A DNA stretch of 63,861 nt, the filler included, from Pseudobdellovibrionaceae bacterium (GTDB lineage Bacteria; Bdellovibrionota; Bdellovibrionia; Bdellovibrionales; UBA1609), in the NCBI GenBank assembly GCA_030591685.1. It is 4 parts of 4 records of this genome, joined end to end, with 100 filler letters (N's around TTAATTAATTAA, not from the genome) between each part and the next. Parts side by side here need not be neighbours in the genome. Positions count along the whole stretch, not along the records: positions 29,063 to 48,658 come from JAUVAX010000041.1; 3 more parts are not named here. One strand, 5' to 3'. Within the stretch, counting starts at the first letter, position 1. Each line of letters opens with the position of its first letter. A program made the translations under genes and the position numbers. Positions 30,214-40,014 of this stretch are shown piece after piece. The notes under the pieces are model-generated. The model was not told the DNA's origin. It made no database searches and worked only from the letters and a program-made list of their open reading frames with translations.

Positions 30214-30513
30214 ATGGATCAATTGCAAAAAGCAAAGAATGTTTTATTTTACCGACTATCTGACCGAAATACGGCCATAGAGTATATAAAAGTCGCTATT
30301 TTAGAAAACAACCCCCTGTTTTTAAAGTCAGCTTTAGGGGATGTGTTAAGAGCCAATAAATTAACTCGCGTAGTTGAAATTTCGGATATGGTCACTGCCG
30401 CTATGAACCGTGTCTTTGCCGAAAGCTCAGACCCTGTGATTAAAGATTTTTACTCCTCTATGGACTTTATTGGCTTGCAGTTAAATATCGAGCTTAACGA
30501 GAAAATATTATAA
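30214..30513 (+). CDS. Orphan addiction-module antidote-like protein (degenerate HTH)
   Basis: YIKVAILENNP.FL..ALGDV.RA and DP.......MDFIGLQL match the TIGR02684-like antidote pattern. Confidence 0.6.
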   Translation: MDQLQKAKNVLFYRLSDRNTAIEYIKVAILENNPLFLKSALGDVLRANKLTRVVEISDMVTAAMNRVFAESSDPVIKDFYSSMDFIGLQLNIELNEKIL

Positions 30514-30523
30514 ATCAAATTTT

Positions 30524-30913
30524 TTATAGATTTTTAAGTATACGTTCATGTATATTTTTTAAATCTACGGGGTCCACCTCAGTTGCTGAATTAAAATCAA
30601 AGTCTGACATATCCCATGTTGGAATCATGTGTACGTGAAAGTGCGGAACTTCATAGCCGGCCACTACTAACCCTACCCGCTTACAGTGAGTCGCGTTTTG
30701 AATAGCTGTTGATATTTTTTTAGCATTTAAAAACACCCTTTCATACTCTTTTGCGTCGACGTCTAAAAAGGAGTCGACCTCGGTTTTGGGCACTATTAAA
30801 CTATGACCAAGTTGAATAGGTCGAATATCTAGAAATGAATAGGTCCACTCATCTTCAAAAATTTTTAAGCTAGGGATCTCTCCGTTAATTATTTTGGTAA
30901 ATATCGATGACAT
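30524..30913 (-). CDS. HIT family nucleotide hydrolase
   Basis: SIFTKII.GEIP and HFHVH motifs. Confidence 0.93.
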   Translation of the reverse strand: MSSIFTKIINGEIPSLKIFEDEWTYSFLDIRPIQLGHSLIVPKTEVDSFLDVDAKEYERVFLNAKKISTAIQNATHCKRVGLVVAGYEVPHFHVHMIPTWDMSDFDFNSATEVDPVDLKNIHERILKNL

Positions 30914-30999
30914 GCTTGCTCCCCATTTTTTGACTTAAAAGTTGTCTTTTCATCTATTAACAGCAAATATATTAACTCGTATAGGTTAAGGGTCAACTA

Positions 31000-31028
31000 T
31001 TGCCCCAGAATATTATAAATGCTATACA
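31000..31028 (+). promoter_or_regulatory. Sigma70-type promoter of the PTPS gene
   Basis: TTGCCC-N17-TATACA with extended TG. Confidence 0.4.
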
Positions 31029-31051
31029 AAATAAAGTTAAGAAGGTGATTT

Positions 31052-31534
31052 TTGAGCTATACTCTAAAAATTAATAAAGAAAGTTTTAAATTTTCAGCCG
31101 CCCATTTTGCTATTTTTGGACCCCATAGTGCAGAGCGAATGCACGGACACAATTATTATGTCTCATTTAATATTCAAATTGAGCAGCTTGACCCATCACT
31201 TGGTATGAGTATTGAACTGAATGAATTAAAACCAATACTCCAAGCCATTTGCACCCAACTTGACGAGTATATACTGCTACCTGAAAAAAGCCCTTTTCTT
31301 AAACTCACTCCTGTAAACAACAACATAGAAGTCACTTTTAATGAAAAGTTTTACTCATTCCCCGTTGAAGACGTTCAACTTTTACCACTATTAAATATCT
31401 CCATTGAAGAACTCTCACGCCTTATCCATAAGCAAGCCATATGTGCCCTAAAGGATTTTTCTCAAATCAAATCCATCGCCGTTGAGGTGCAAGAAACAAA
31501 AGGACAAACGTGTCTCTTTGAACAGAGGGTTTAA
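31052..31534 (+). CDS. 6-pyruvoyl-tetrahydropterin synthase family protein, PTPS-III type (ExxHGH)
   Basis: FSAAH, ERMHGHNY, EEL and V.ET motifs; no catalytic Cys before HGH. Confidence 0.8.
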   Translation: MSYTLKINKESFKFSAAHFAIFGPHSAERMHGHNYYVSFNIQIEQLDPSLGMSIELNELKPILQAICTQLDEYILLPEKSPFLKLTPVNNNIEVTFNEKFYSFPVEDVQLLPLLNISIEELSRLIHKQAICALKDFSQIKSIAVEVQETKGQTCLFEQRV

Positions 31535-31603
31535 GACTGTTTCATTATGAGATTGCCATGGGTTTCTCTTCCTCTGTGTACCTTTCACGTCCATAATGAT
31601 CTA

Positions 31604-33142
31604 ATGGAAAAAGTGAGTGCACCTAGGAACCGGTTTTTTGCCGTTTTCTGCTTAATAATCACCCTCGCCCTACAAAGTTTATATAATGGCTGCGCTAAGA
31701 AGCTCTCATCTCTGCAGTTAAATTGTGTTACCTATGAAAACACCTATTTAAATAGAAGCTCCAGTAGCCTTTCAAAAACAACTTTAGATCAAAAATCTGA
31801 AAATATTTTTAAATATCAAAAAATTCATCTCCCCTCTAATGCAGCCCATAGTTCATACAATCAACTTTTGAGCAATTATGAGGGTGGTGATTTTGCGGTT
31901 ATCCTAAACCCCAGTTGTGCTAAAAACAAAGGGCATGGCTTTGCTCATGAAAAGGGTAATAAAAATGGTCCTCCAGGTCGCACAAGGGAATTTATCACCT
32001 ACAGGGTGAATGATACTTCTGAATTAAGAACTTTTATTTCTGATTTAGAGGCCGATGATTGCGTTATAGGGGCCGGGCCAAATGTAACTTATACCCTTTC
32101 AAGTACGTTTACTGACCCCTTATCATTGTCTAATCAAGATCATTTGGCTCCAATTATGGCCAACGAGGGATACGAATATTTTTACAATCAAACCTATGGG
32201 GTTAACAGTTCCGATGATTCTAAAGTTGTTATAGCTATTATTGACTCAGGGATTGCATACACTCACTCTGATCTCGCTGACAAAGTTATTAACCTTCAAT
32301 CAAATGGCAACAGCTTTAAGGGTTACGATGCTTTTACATCTAATTACACTAATAATTCGGACCTCACAGGTCACGGCACTCACGTAGCAGGGTTAATCGC
32401 TGCAAATGCAAATGCAGATGGCATTCATGGGCTAGCCCCATTAGATACGTACTTGTTAAATATAAATGTTTTATTTGAGGGCAGTAATGGCCCCACAACT
32501 AACTCTGCTATTATTTCAGAAGGCATTCAATTTGCCATTGATAATAATGCTGATATTATTAACCTCAGCTTACAGACTATTCGCCCACCAGACTTTGAGG
32601 ACCCTGTACTTAGACAGTCCATTGTAAACGCTGTAAATGCGGGGGTTTTTATAAGTATAAGTGCCGGAAACACCAATGAGACAACAGTACAATCATCAAT
32701 TGTAGACAACTTAATCTCAGCCCTGCCAGGCAAGTACGGTGCCGAAATTGATGGGGCTATGACGGTTGCAGCCCTTAATAAGTCTACGGGGCTATTGGCT
32801 AATTTTAGCCTTTATGACCCCGAAACTGTAGAAATTGCAGCCCCTGGGGAGCAGGTATACTCAACATACTTTAATAGCTCCACCCCATATAATCGGCTCT
32901 CAGGGACCTCTCAATCAGCGCCACTTGTTTCGGGGGCTGCAGCTTTAGCAATAAGTATTCTTAAAAAATACAATTTCAACCCCACCCCTGCGTTGATTGA
33001 AGAGCTCATCACAAACTCTAGCAAAGTTGTTTCCTCAGAGAGTATTTTTTATAAAAACGGCAACCAACTTTCAATTGAAGGCCTCAGTCGACTTATGGCC
33101 CAGCTCTTCCCAAAAACGGTTGGCAAAGCATGTCTGCCCTAA
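31604..33142 (+). CDS. S8 subtilisin-like serine protease, probable lipoprotein
   Basis: Triad IIDSG / GHGTHVAG / SGTSQSAP; YNGC lipobox-like motif. The start is probably the ATG at 31604 (the ORF track starts at 31547). Confidence 0.9.
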   Translation: MEKVSAPRNRFFAVFCLIITLALQSLYNGCAKKLSSLQLNCVTYENTYLNRSSSSLSKTTLDQKSENIFKYQKIHLPSNAAHSSYNQLLSNYEGGDFAVILNPSCAKNKGHGFAHEKGNKNGPPGRTREFITYRVNDTSELRTFISDLEADDCVIGAGPNVTYTLSSTFTDPLSLSNQDHLAPIMANEGYEYFYNQTYGVNSSDDSKVVIAIIDSGIAYTHSDLADKVINLQSNGNSFKGYDAFTSNYTNNSDLTGHGTHVAGLIAANANADGIHGLAPLDTYLLNINVLFEGSNGPTTNSAIISEGIQFAIDNNADIINLSLQTIRPPDFEDPVLRQSIVNAVNAGVFISISAGNTNETTVQSSIVDNLISALPGKYGAEIDGAMTVAALNKSTGLLANFSLYDPETVEIAAPGEQVYSTYFNSSTPYNRLSGTSQSAPLVSGAAALAISILKKYNFNPTPALIEELITNSSKVVSSESIFYKNGNQLSIEGLSRLMAQLFPKTVGKACLP

Positions 33143-33450
33143 ATAATTGCTTAAATCCCTTCAGGGCCTCGGCATAGAGCTTAGGTAAAACTAAAATCTT
33201 AATATTTAACCTTTAATAAATATTGTGTGCTGAGCTTTTGATAGGCTTCATGTGGTTTTAAATTTTATTTTCTGGTCAATAAACCACCATCAAAAAGGCA
33301 TTTCTGCCCACACGAGTGCGTACCATGACGCACCATGCTCCCCTTATCTAAAATTTATCTCATTTCCCGTTGAAGGCCCATGTTAACCACACACTCTACT
33401 GTTAAGCGAAGAGCCGTCTTAAAATATTTAACGACTTTTAAGGCTCAAAG

Positions 33451-33479
33451 TTGACATAAACTAACGTTCAAAAGACAAT
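33451..33479 (+). promoter_or_regulatory. Sigma70-type promoter
   Basis: TTGACA-N17-GACAAT upstream of the M14 gene. Confidence 0.55.
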
Positions 33480-33506
33480 ATATATGATCAGCCAAGGATA
33501 TATGAT

Positions 33507-34478
33507 TTGTTAAAAATACTGACCGTTTTCACTGTTCTCATTTTAGGCATGGCCTGCAAAGAGACCCTTAAATCACCACCCACTGATGAGGGCAAAATAA
33601 CGCCACCACTGTCTGATTCTAAGGACCCTTCCGCAACTAAGCCTCACTATGCTCAGTCAAAAAAGTTTATTATTGCCTCTAAAAAACAAGTTAATGATTC
33701 CCGTCAATTTTGCATTAAAAGTTTAAAAAAAATGCCCAATCGAATCAGCAAGGCTAACATAAAAAAGGTTTGCGCCCAGGTATCTCTTGAAAGGTCTTGT
33801 TATAGTAAAAATAAGCAACCCATATTTCATTATGATAAAAAGGGGATCAGCTCACGGGGCAAGAAAATCTTGGCTCTTTCATTAATTCATGGCGACGAGC
33901 ACGGCTCAGGCACCATTACTTCGTCATGGATGAATCGACTCGATGGCCTAAAACCAAGAAACACATGGCGAGTTTTACCCGTAATAAACCCCGATGGTTG
34001 GGATAAAAGCACTCGTGTAAACGCTAATGGGGTTGATATTAATCGTAACTTCCCCTCAAAAGATTGGGAAGATTTAGCCTACAATTGGTGGCGCGACAAA
34101 AAAAAATCGGACCCTCGCAGGTACCCTGGCCCCAAGGCCTCCAGCGAATCCGAAACTAACTGCCTACTTAAACACATAAATAACTTTAAGCCTGATTTTA
34201 TAATATCTATTCATACACCCCTAGGGCTCCTTGACTTTGATGGGCCAAAAGTAAGGGCTCCATCAACACTACCACTACCATGGCAAAAGTTGGGCAATTT
34301 CCCAGGCAGCCTAGGGCGCTATATGTGGAAGGACCACCGCGTCCCCGTCCTTACTATCGAGCTTAAGGGCTCACGAGGGATCGCTAAGCTAGAGGAGTTT
34401 GACAGGCTGCAGGACATCTCGGGAACAGTTGCCATCCGTGCTGGCAAGTTATTGAATAAAAATAGAACTAAAAATTAA
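33507..34478 (+). CDS. M14 zinc carboxypeptidase, murein peptide amidase MpaA-like lipoprotein
   Basis: HGDE, NPDG, RVNANGVDINRNF, SIH, PGSLG and TIEL motifs; lipobox GMAC. Confidence 0.85.
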   Translation: MLKILTVFTVLILGMACKETLKSPPTDEGKITPPLSDSKDPSATKPHYAQSKKFIIASKKQVNDSRQFCIKSLKKMPNRISKANIKKVCAQVSLERSCYSKNKQPIFHYDKKGISSRGKKILALSLIHGDEHGSGTITSSWMNRLDGLKPRNTWRVLPVINPDGWDKSTRVNANGVDINRNFPSKDWEDLAYNWWRDKKKSDPRRYPGPKASSESETNCLLKHINNFKPDFIISIHTPLGLLDFDGPKVRAPSTLPLPWQKLGNFPGSLGRYMWKDHRVPVLTIELKGSRGIAKLEEFDRLQDISGTVAIRAGKLLNKNRTKN

Positions 34479-34502
34479 TTTTCTAACCTCACGGAGGGGG
34501 CT

Positions 34503-35738
34503 ATGAAATATACAAAACTACTTGGGATTTTATTCACCTTAACCCTGGTCAACACAGCTCAGGCCGTAAAAAATCCTATTGATATTGATTTTTATGCCGG
34601 TCGACTTGCCTACGAAAACTTATATTCAGAGCTCACTAAACAACCTGGTGCATTTATCTCACCCCTCTCTAACCGTGATATGAGTGAAATTGTAGAATTA
34701 GGCCGTAGAAATTTAAAGTGGCTCGATCACCTCAATCAATTTAGAAGGTCTCCATTGCGATTTACATCAAAAGAGACTCAAGGTGCCTCCCCCATTGATC
34801 AGCCTAAAAAATATGGGCCTAAAACAATATTCCCTGACTTTGAGAACCTAAAGGCAACTCTCCCTATAGAGTTATATAAAGTTTTATTCACAAAGTTTGA
34901 GTTACCCAACTCATTACCTACTAGTGATAAGGCTTATATACACTGGGGTCGTCAAATTAATCGTCTTTATCAAACAAGTGTGCGATGGCTTACTTTAAGC
35001 CGTTGGCTCCCCTGGTATAAACAAAACAGACAAAATGATATTCGTGGCTATTATTTTCTCTCTCAGTACGAAAACCTTGAGTCAAAGCTAAAAAACTGGG
35101 CCTCTCTTGAAGGCCATGAAAAACAAATTCTTTCACCGTTATTAATAAATCTATGTGAATCCGGAAATTCCTCTTGGAGCCGATGCCCTAGAGAATTTAA
35201 AAATTCACAAAGCAATGTGAAGTCTTTTTTTAACAGACACATTCAAAAAGCTAAAAGAGCCTACGACATCAACTTTAAACTCAACGTCAAAAGAATGGAT
35301 TTGTCGTGGAACCATAGTAACCTTGCCTCCTTACCCTTTAGAGAGCCTAAAACTAAAGCCATTAAGGACTTTCTTAAAATTAACATCGAAGACGAATGGA
35401 GACTGCACGACTGGAAGCTGACACTTAATTTTTCGACTTCAGCATCTGTTAGAGCTATTTTCAAGCCCAACGTTACCCCTAATGTTAATGGCCTTGGTGG
35501 GAATATCATAACTATGAACTCCCTTAATTCACTAGACGACTATAATACTCAGTGGACAATACGTCATGAGTTCGGGCATGTACTTGGTTTTCCTGATTGT
35601 TACGTTGAATTTTATGATGAACACCAACAGCTTATGATTAATTACCAGATTGATGTTAACAACCTCATGTGTTCTCGGAGAGGACGCTTACTAATCACAC
35701 ACCTTGAAGAGCTTAAGCGTGTGTATCAACAAGAATAG
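34503..35738 (+). CDS. Secreted zinc metalloprotease (metzincin-like)
   Basis: Signal peptide AQA|V; HEFGHVLGFPD and a downstream NLM Met-turn. Confidence 0.75.
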   Translation: MKYTKLLGILFTLTLVNTAQAVKNPIDIDFYAGRLAYENLYSELTKQPGAFISPLSNRDMSEIVELGRRNLKWLDHLNQFRRSPLRFTSKETQGASPIDQPKKYGPKTIFPDFENLKATLPIELYKVLFTKFELPNSLPTSDKAYIHWGRQINRLYQTSVRWLTLSRWLPWYKQNRQNDIRGYYFLSQYENLESKLKNWASLEGHEKQILSPLLINLCESGNSSWSRCPREFKNSQSNVKSFFNRHIQKAKRAYDINFKLNVKRMDLSWNHSNLASLPFREPKTKAIKDFLKINIEDEWRLHDWKLTLNFSTSASVRAIFKPNVTPNVNGLGGNIITMNSLNSLDDYNTQWTIRHEFGHVLGFPDCYVEFYDEHQQLMINYQIDVNNLMCSRRGRLLITHLEELKRVYQQE

Positions 35739-35777
35739 GCCCACTAAGCTTATGAAATTTCAACGTGAACACTTAAA

Positions 35778-37226
35778 ATGCCTTTGGAGACTCGCATGGG
35801 CGTAGAAGTTGACAGAACAACATTTAAGTCAAATGACCACCGCGAGTTTCAAAACAAACTTTCTCAAGAAATTTTATTTCTTCACCACCTTATTAAAAAC
35901 ACAAAACCTAAAGATCAAAAACCTTCATTTGGCGTAGAGGTCGAAGGCTGGCTCATTGACAACAATGCTCAAGCCTCACCTACAAATGATAAATTTTTGG
36001 CCCAATTAAACAACCCTAGCGTTGTTTCAGAATTATTAAAGTATAATATTGAGCTCAATGGTGCCCCCTATCCTGCTTCAGGAAATGTATTTGAACTTCT
36101 GTATAAAGATATTATTAATCTCTGGGGGCAGTGCAAATCTCAAGCCCAAAAAATGAACCTTTCAGTCGTTACTATTGGCTCGTTACCAACATTGAACCTT
36201 AAGGATTTTGGTATTTCAGCCATGTCTAAAGGCAATAGATACATGGCTTTAAATCATGAGATCTTGAGATTTAATAACTCTCCAACATTACCGATACATA
36301 TTTCTGGCTTAGATGAATTAAAATTTGAATCTGAAAGCGTGATGATTGCAGGGGCTGCGACTTCTTTTCAATTTCACTATAAGGTGCCCCTGGCCACCTC
36401 TCATCAATATTATAATGCGAGTCTACTGGCATCCGCCCCAATGGCGGCACTCTCGGCAAACAGTCCCTTTATTTTTGGCAAAAAATTATGGCACGAATCC
36501 CGGATACCCATTTTTGAGCAAGCCGTCGCTGGATGGCCCGGAAGCCCCGGCAACATAAAGCGCCGTGCCAGCTTTGGACCCAGCTTATTAGAGCAATCTA
36601 TATCAGAGTATTTTATCAAAATTGTTCAAAAACACCCCACCCTTTTACCTGTTGTTAAAGATACACCTGCCGGTGATTTTGAGCACCTAAGGCTACATAG
36701 CGGCACTGTATGGAGCTGGAATAGACCCGTCATCGGCAAGGACCAAAATGGCCAACTGCACATTCGAATTGAACACAGGGTCCCCTCTGCTGGGCCAACA
36801 TTTGTAGATAGCTTTGCTAATATGGCCTTTTTCATAGGGTTAGTGCATGAGCTCGTCGAATCACACAACCCCTTTCAAACTCAACATAGTTTTACCACTT
36901 TAAAGAAAAACTTTTATGCCGCGGCAAAAGAGGGGCTCTATTCTTCTATAAACCTATCTCCTAAAAGCAAACAATCTATTAAAAGCGTTATTTTAGAAAC
37001 ATATATTAAACTAGCTCATAAGGGCCTTTTAAAATTAGGCATCAATAAAGATGTCGTAGACTTCTACCTCTTTGAGGTGATCAAACAGCGGGTCGAGACT
37101 GAACAAAATGGAGCCATTTGGCAGTTAAAATTTATCGAAAAATATGGGGCTGATTTTAAAAACCTAACACTTCAATATATGGAAAACCAAGAAAACGAAA
37201 CCCCTATACACAAATGGGCGGTTTAA
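35778..37226 (+). CDS. Glutamate-cysteine ligase family 2 (GCS2) carboxylate-amine ligase
   Basis: GVEVE, ELLKYNIELN, SFQFH, ALSANSPF, WNRP and RIEHR...GPT motifs. Confidence 0.85.
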   Translation: MPLETRMGVEVDRTTFKSNDHREFQNKLSQEILFLHHLIKNTKPKDQKPSFGVEVEGWLIDNNAQASPTNDKFLAQLNNPSVVSELLKYNIELNGAPYPASGNVFELLYKDIINLWGQCKSQAQKMNLSVVTIGSLPTLNLKDFGISAMSKGNRYMALNHEILRFNNSPTLPIHISGLDELKFESESVMIAGAATSFQFHYKVPLATSHQYYNASLLASAPMAALSANSPFIFGKKLWHESRIPIFEQAVAGWPGSPGNIKRRASFGPSLLEQSISEYFIKIVQKHPTLLPVVKDTPAGDFEHLRLHSGTVWSWNRPVIGKDQNGQLHIRIEHRVPSAGPTFVDSFANMAFFIGLVHELVESHNPFQTQHSFTTLKKNFYAAAKEGLYSSINLSPKSKQSIKSVILETYIKLAHKGLLKLGINKDVVDFYLFEVIKQRVETEQNGAIWQLKFIEKYGADFKNLTLQYMENQENETPIHKWAV

Positions 37227-37741
37227 ACCTTTAAAAGACTATGTATGGGGGCTTTTAGCCTTTCTCTGCCATTTAAGTCTTTTAATTCCATTAAAAATTC
37301 AAAACCTAATACTTCAGCCTTAAGCTTATTACACAGTTCAAAGGCAGCATTAGCTGTGCCACCTGTGGCTAGTATATCATCCATAATGATCACCTTATCA
37401 CCAGGGTCTATTGCATCTTTATGCACATGTAAAGTGTCCTCGCCATACTCTAGCTCGTAGGATTGAGAAACTGTTGGCCTCGGCAGTTTTCCGGGCTTTC
37501 TTACTAACACCATACCAACATTTAAGTGCTGTGCCACAGCACTTGCTAAAATAAATCCTCTAGATTCAATAGCTATAAGCTTTTGTACCTCTGGGTTTAT
37601 TTTTTTTGCAAAGTGCCGAGCCACCGATACAAAGGCCTCATGAGACATAAATATTTCAGATATATCTTTATAAGTAACACCCTTTTTTGGAAAATCCGGG
37701 ACGTCCTTTATTAAAGCCTCGATACGTTCTACAGGCCACAT
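37223..37741 (-). CDS. apt: Adenine phosphoribosyltransferase
   Basis: PDFPKKG, ESRGF, RKPGKLP and DDILATGGT motifs. Confidence 0.96.
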   Translation of the reverse strand: MWPVERIEALIKDVPDFPKKGVTYKDISEIFMSHEAFVSVARHFAKKINPEVQKLIAIESRGFILASAVAQHLNVGMVLVRKPGKLPRPTVSQSYELEYGEDTLHVHKDAIDPGDKVIIMDDILATGGTANAAFELCNKLKAEVLGFEFLMELKDLNGRERLKAPIHSLLKV

Positions 37742-38148
37742 TAATTAAACCTCCATGGCTTAAAACCTCTTTCTAGAGCTTTTGATAAATCGCTTTTTTT
37801 TATTTCAAAAACGTTAGCCGTCCCCGTAACACCACCACATACTTGTAAGTGTATTAAACCATCATTTTTCTTTTTTTCTGAAAAGATATGAACACCTGAC
37901 AACTCAGCCTTCATCTTAGAGAGGCTAATCGGCTTACCCATCTTACATTGTTTGCTGTTGTCGTACTTAAAGACCAACAAGCGGGTCTCATCTACTTTTG
38001 GCTCTTGTGGCGTTTTAGATGCTGAATACTCTCGTTTAATTCGAGTGATGTGATCACTACTTTTTTTATTATTTTTAATACAATGTCCCGTTGAACATCC
38101 TACTAAAAACAAAGAAAAAATAACAATTAATTTTGTTCCCAGTTCCAT
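37741..38148 (-). CDS. Hypothetical lipoprotein
   Basis: Lipobox LVGC; KQC...VCG Cys pair. Confidence 0.7.
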   Translation of the reverse strand: MELGTKLIVIFSLFLVGCSTGHCIKNNKKSSDHITRIKREYSASKTPQEPKVDETRLLVFKYDNSKQCKMGKPISLSKMKAELSGVHIFSEKKKNDGLIHLQVCGGVTGTANVFEIKKSDLSKALERGFKPWRFN

Positions 38149-39278
38149 ATGTTTTTCTTCTCAATTCGTTTAATCGTTAAAGCAAAAAGGTTTGCATCTC
38201 TTGAAATAAAAAATATATCACCATTTTTTTCAACTAAAGCTGAGCTTGTGACCCCGCGGCCTGGCGAAAAAGATTTTACTTTCTTGCCGGTTCTAAAGTC
38301 TAGTAAAAAAAGCTTTCCTGAAGACTCCCCGTAAACAACAAAGCCCTTATAATGCTTAGGCTGAGTGCCATGACCTTTATTTACTTTGTGCTTCCATAAA
38401 ACTTTGCCTGAGGCCTTATCAAGAGACATAATATAGCCGGACGTCGTTGAGTATAATAACTTGTCACCCACAACTGTCACTGCACTATAACCGCCCTCAG
38501 CAAGCACCCAGTTTACATCCCCTGTGTTTGCTTTTAAACTAAATAAAGATCCACCAAAACTAGACACATATAAATTAACACCATCAATCACTGGTCGTGC
38601 ATCAACGTCCTTAAACCTTCTATTGTTATTTAAGAGCTTTTGCCATTGGGCCTTACCAGTCTTTGCATCTAAAGCAACAAGGTAACCGTCATTAAAACCC
38701 ATATACACTTTACCATTTTTGACTAAGGGCGTGCTGGCACCTCTTATCGAAATATTACTCGTGTCGGTCTTTTTATAGGGCCAGTTTATTCTTCCGGTTT
38801 TAGCATCTAATGAATAGGCCACATTATTACCCGCTATAAAGTAAACAGAACCATTTTTTACAGCCGGAGCACCAACTCCTTCAGATCGAATAGGGAAGTT
38901 CCAAAAAATTTTCCCATTAACAGCTTTAACAGCATAGAAGTAACCGTCATTTGCGGCAAAATACAGGACATCATTATCAATAACAGCACCGGCCTCTACC
39001 CCGTTTTTAATGGGTAAACTCCAAACTAGCTCCCCAGAGGCTTTGGTGTATGCTGATACGCCATCTATCCCATTGCCTTGTATAATGAGGTCTTTATAAG
39101 CTAAAGGTTCAAATCTATGCAAGACACTTGAACCCAAATACTCTGATCTCAGCGTTGAGCTGACCCACTTTTTTTGCAGAACAAGCCTTTTACTTGGCGT
39201 GTGCTTTTTTAAGTAACTACACCCAGTAGCTAGAAAAGCTGTTGAAATAAAAAGGATTATTAACTTCAAATGACTCAC
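38127..39278 (-). CDS. bamB: PQQ-repeat beta-propeller lipoprotein, BamB-like
   Basis: Lipobox ATGC; repeated LDAKTG...W blades; follows a YfgM-like gene. Confidence 0.8.
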   Translation of the reverse strand: MSHLKLIILFISTAFLATGCSYLKKHTPSKRLVLQKKWVSSTLRSEYLGSSVLHRFEPLAYKDLIIQGNGIDGVSAYTKASGELVWSLPIKNGVEAGAVIDNDVLYFAANDGYFYAVKAVNGKIFWNFPIRSEGVGAPAVKNGSVYFIAGNNVAYSLDAKTGRINWPYKKTDTSNISIRGASTPLVKNGKVYMGFNDGYLVALDAKTGKAQWQKLLNNNRRFKDVDARPVIDGVNLYVSSFGGSLFSLKANTGDVNWVLAEGGYSAVTVVGDKLLYSTTSGYIMSLDKASGKVLWKHKVNKGHGTQPKHYKGFVVYGESSGKLFLLDFRTGKKVKSFSPGRGVTSSALVEKNGDIFFISRDANLFALTIKRIEKKNIWNWEQN

Positions 39279-39284
39279 CTTTTT

Positions 39285-39998
39285 TTAAATATTTAAAACT
39301 CTTAAATAACTTTTTGCAGTTTTGGCAGAGGAGCTCCCTGAGAACTCCTCAAACACTCGAGTAAAAACTCTTCGGGCCTCATCTGGCTTTTTAAGCTCTT
39401 TATAACAAAGGCCCATTTTTAATAAAACAATGGGGTGTATATACTTTAAACTCTTAACAGATAAGACCTCTTGTAAAGGCAACAGAGCCTTTTCAAACTG
39501 GTTTTTGTTCATTTGAGCCGAAGCCAGGTTAATGTTCACCAGGCCAAAGTATATTTTCTCCCTACTCACCTGCAGAGAAAGGTCTTTAATAACCTCTAGG
39601 GCTTTATCATCTTTTTTATTTTTTAAATAAAGGTCACTTAGGGTGATCCCAGCGTATATGGCTGCGTTTTTCCCCTTATTAGCAATAATAAATTGTTTGA
39701 TTTGGCTTTCGATCTCACCATATTTTTTATCAAAGTCTATGGGTTGATTTTTAGACTTAGTCTTTACACTTTTAGGATTTGTTTCTACACCTTTAGAGTC
39801 CAGGTCAATGATAGCCTTTTCAATACTATAAAATTTTGAAAAAGCCTCTGTTTGTTGACTTTTTCTTTGCATGTCGTAAGTAGATTTACCCACGCTCACA
39901 ACTAAGATTAATAAAAAAACACCTATTAATAACTTTTTATTTTCAGTTAAAAATGAAATCACCTGTTCTGTTAATTCAGGTTTTTTATTTGTAGTCAT
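39285..39998 (-). CDS. YfgM-like membrane-anchored TPR protein
   Basis: N-terminal TM, TPR helices, position upstream of bamB. Confidence 0.75.
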   Translation of the reverse strand: MTTNKKPELTEQVISFLTENKKLLIGVFLLILVVSVGKSTYDMQRKSQQTEAFSKFYSIEKAIIDLDSKGVETNPKSVKTKSKNQPIDFDKKYGEIESQIKQFIIANKGKNAAIYAGITLSDLYLKNKKDDKALEVIKDLSLQVSREKIYFGLVNINLASAQMNKNQFEKALLPLQEVLSVKSLKYIHPIVLLKMGLCYKELKKPDEARRVFTRVFEEFSGSSSAKTAKSYLRVLNI

Positions 39999-40014
39999 TT
40001 AAAATCCTTTTTTT

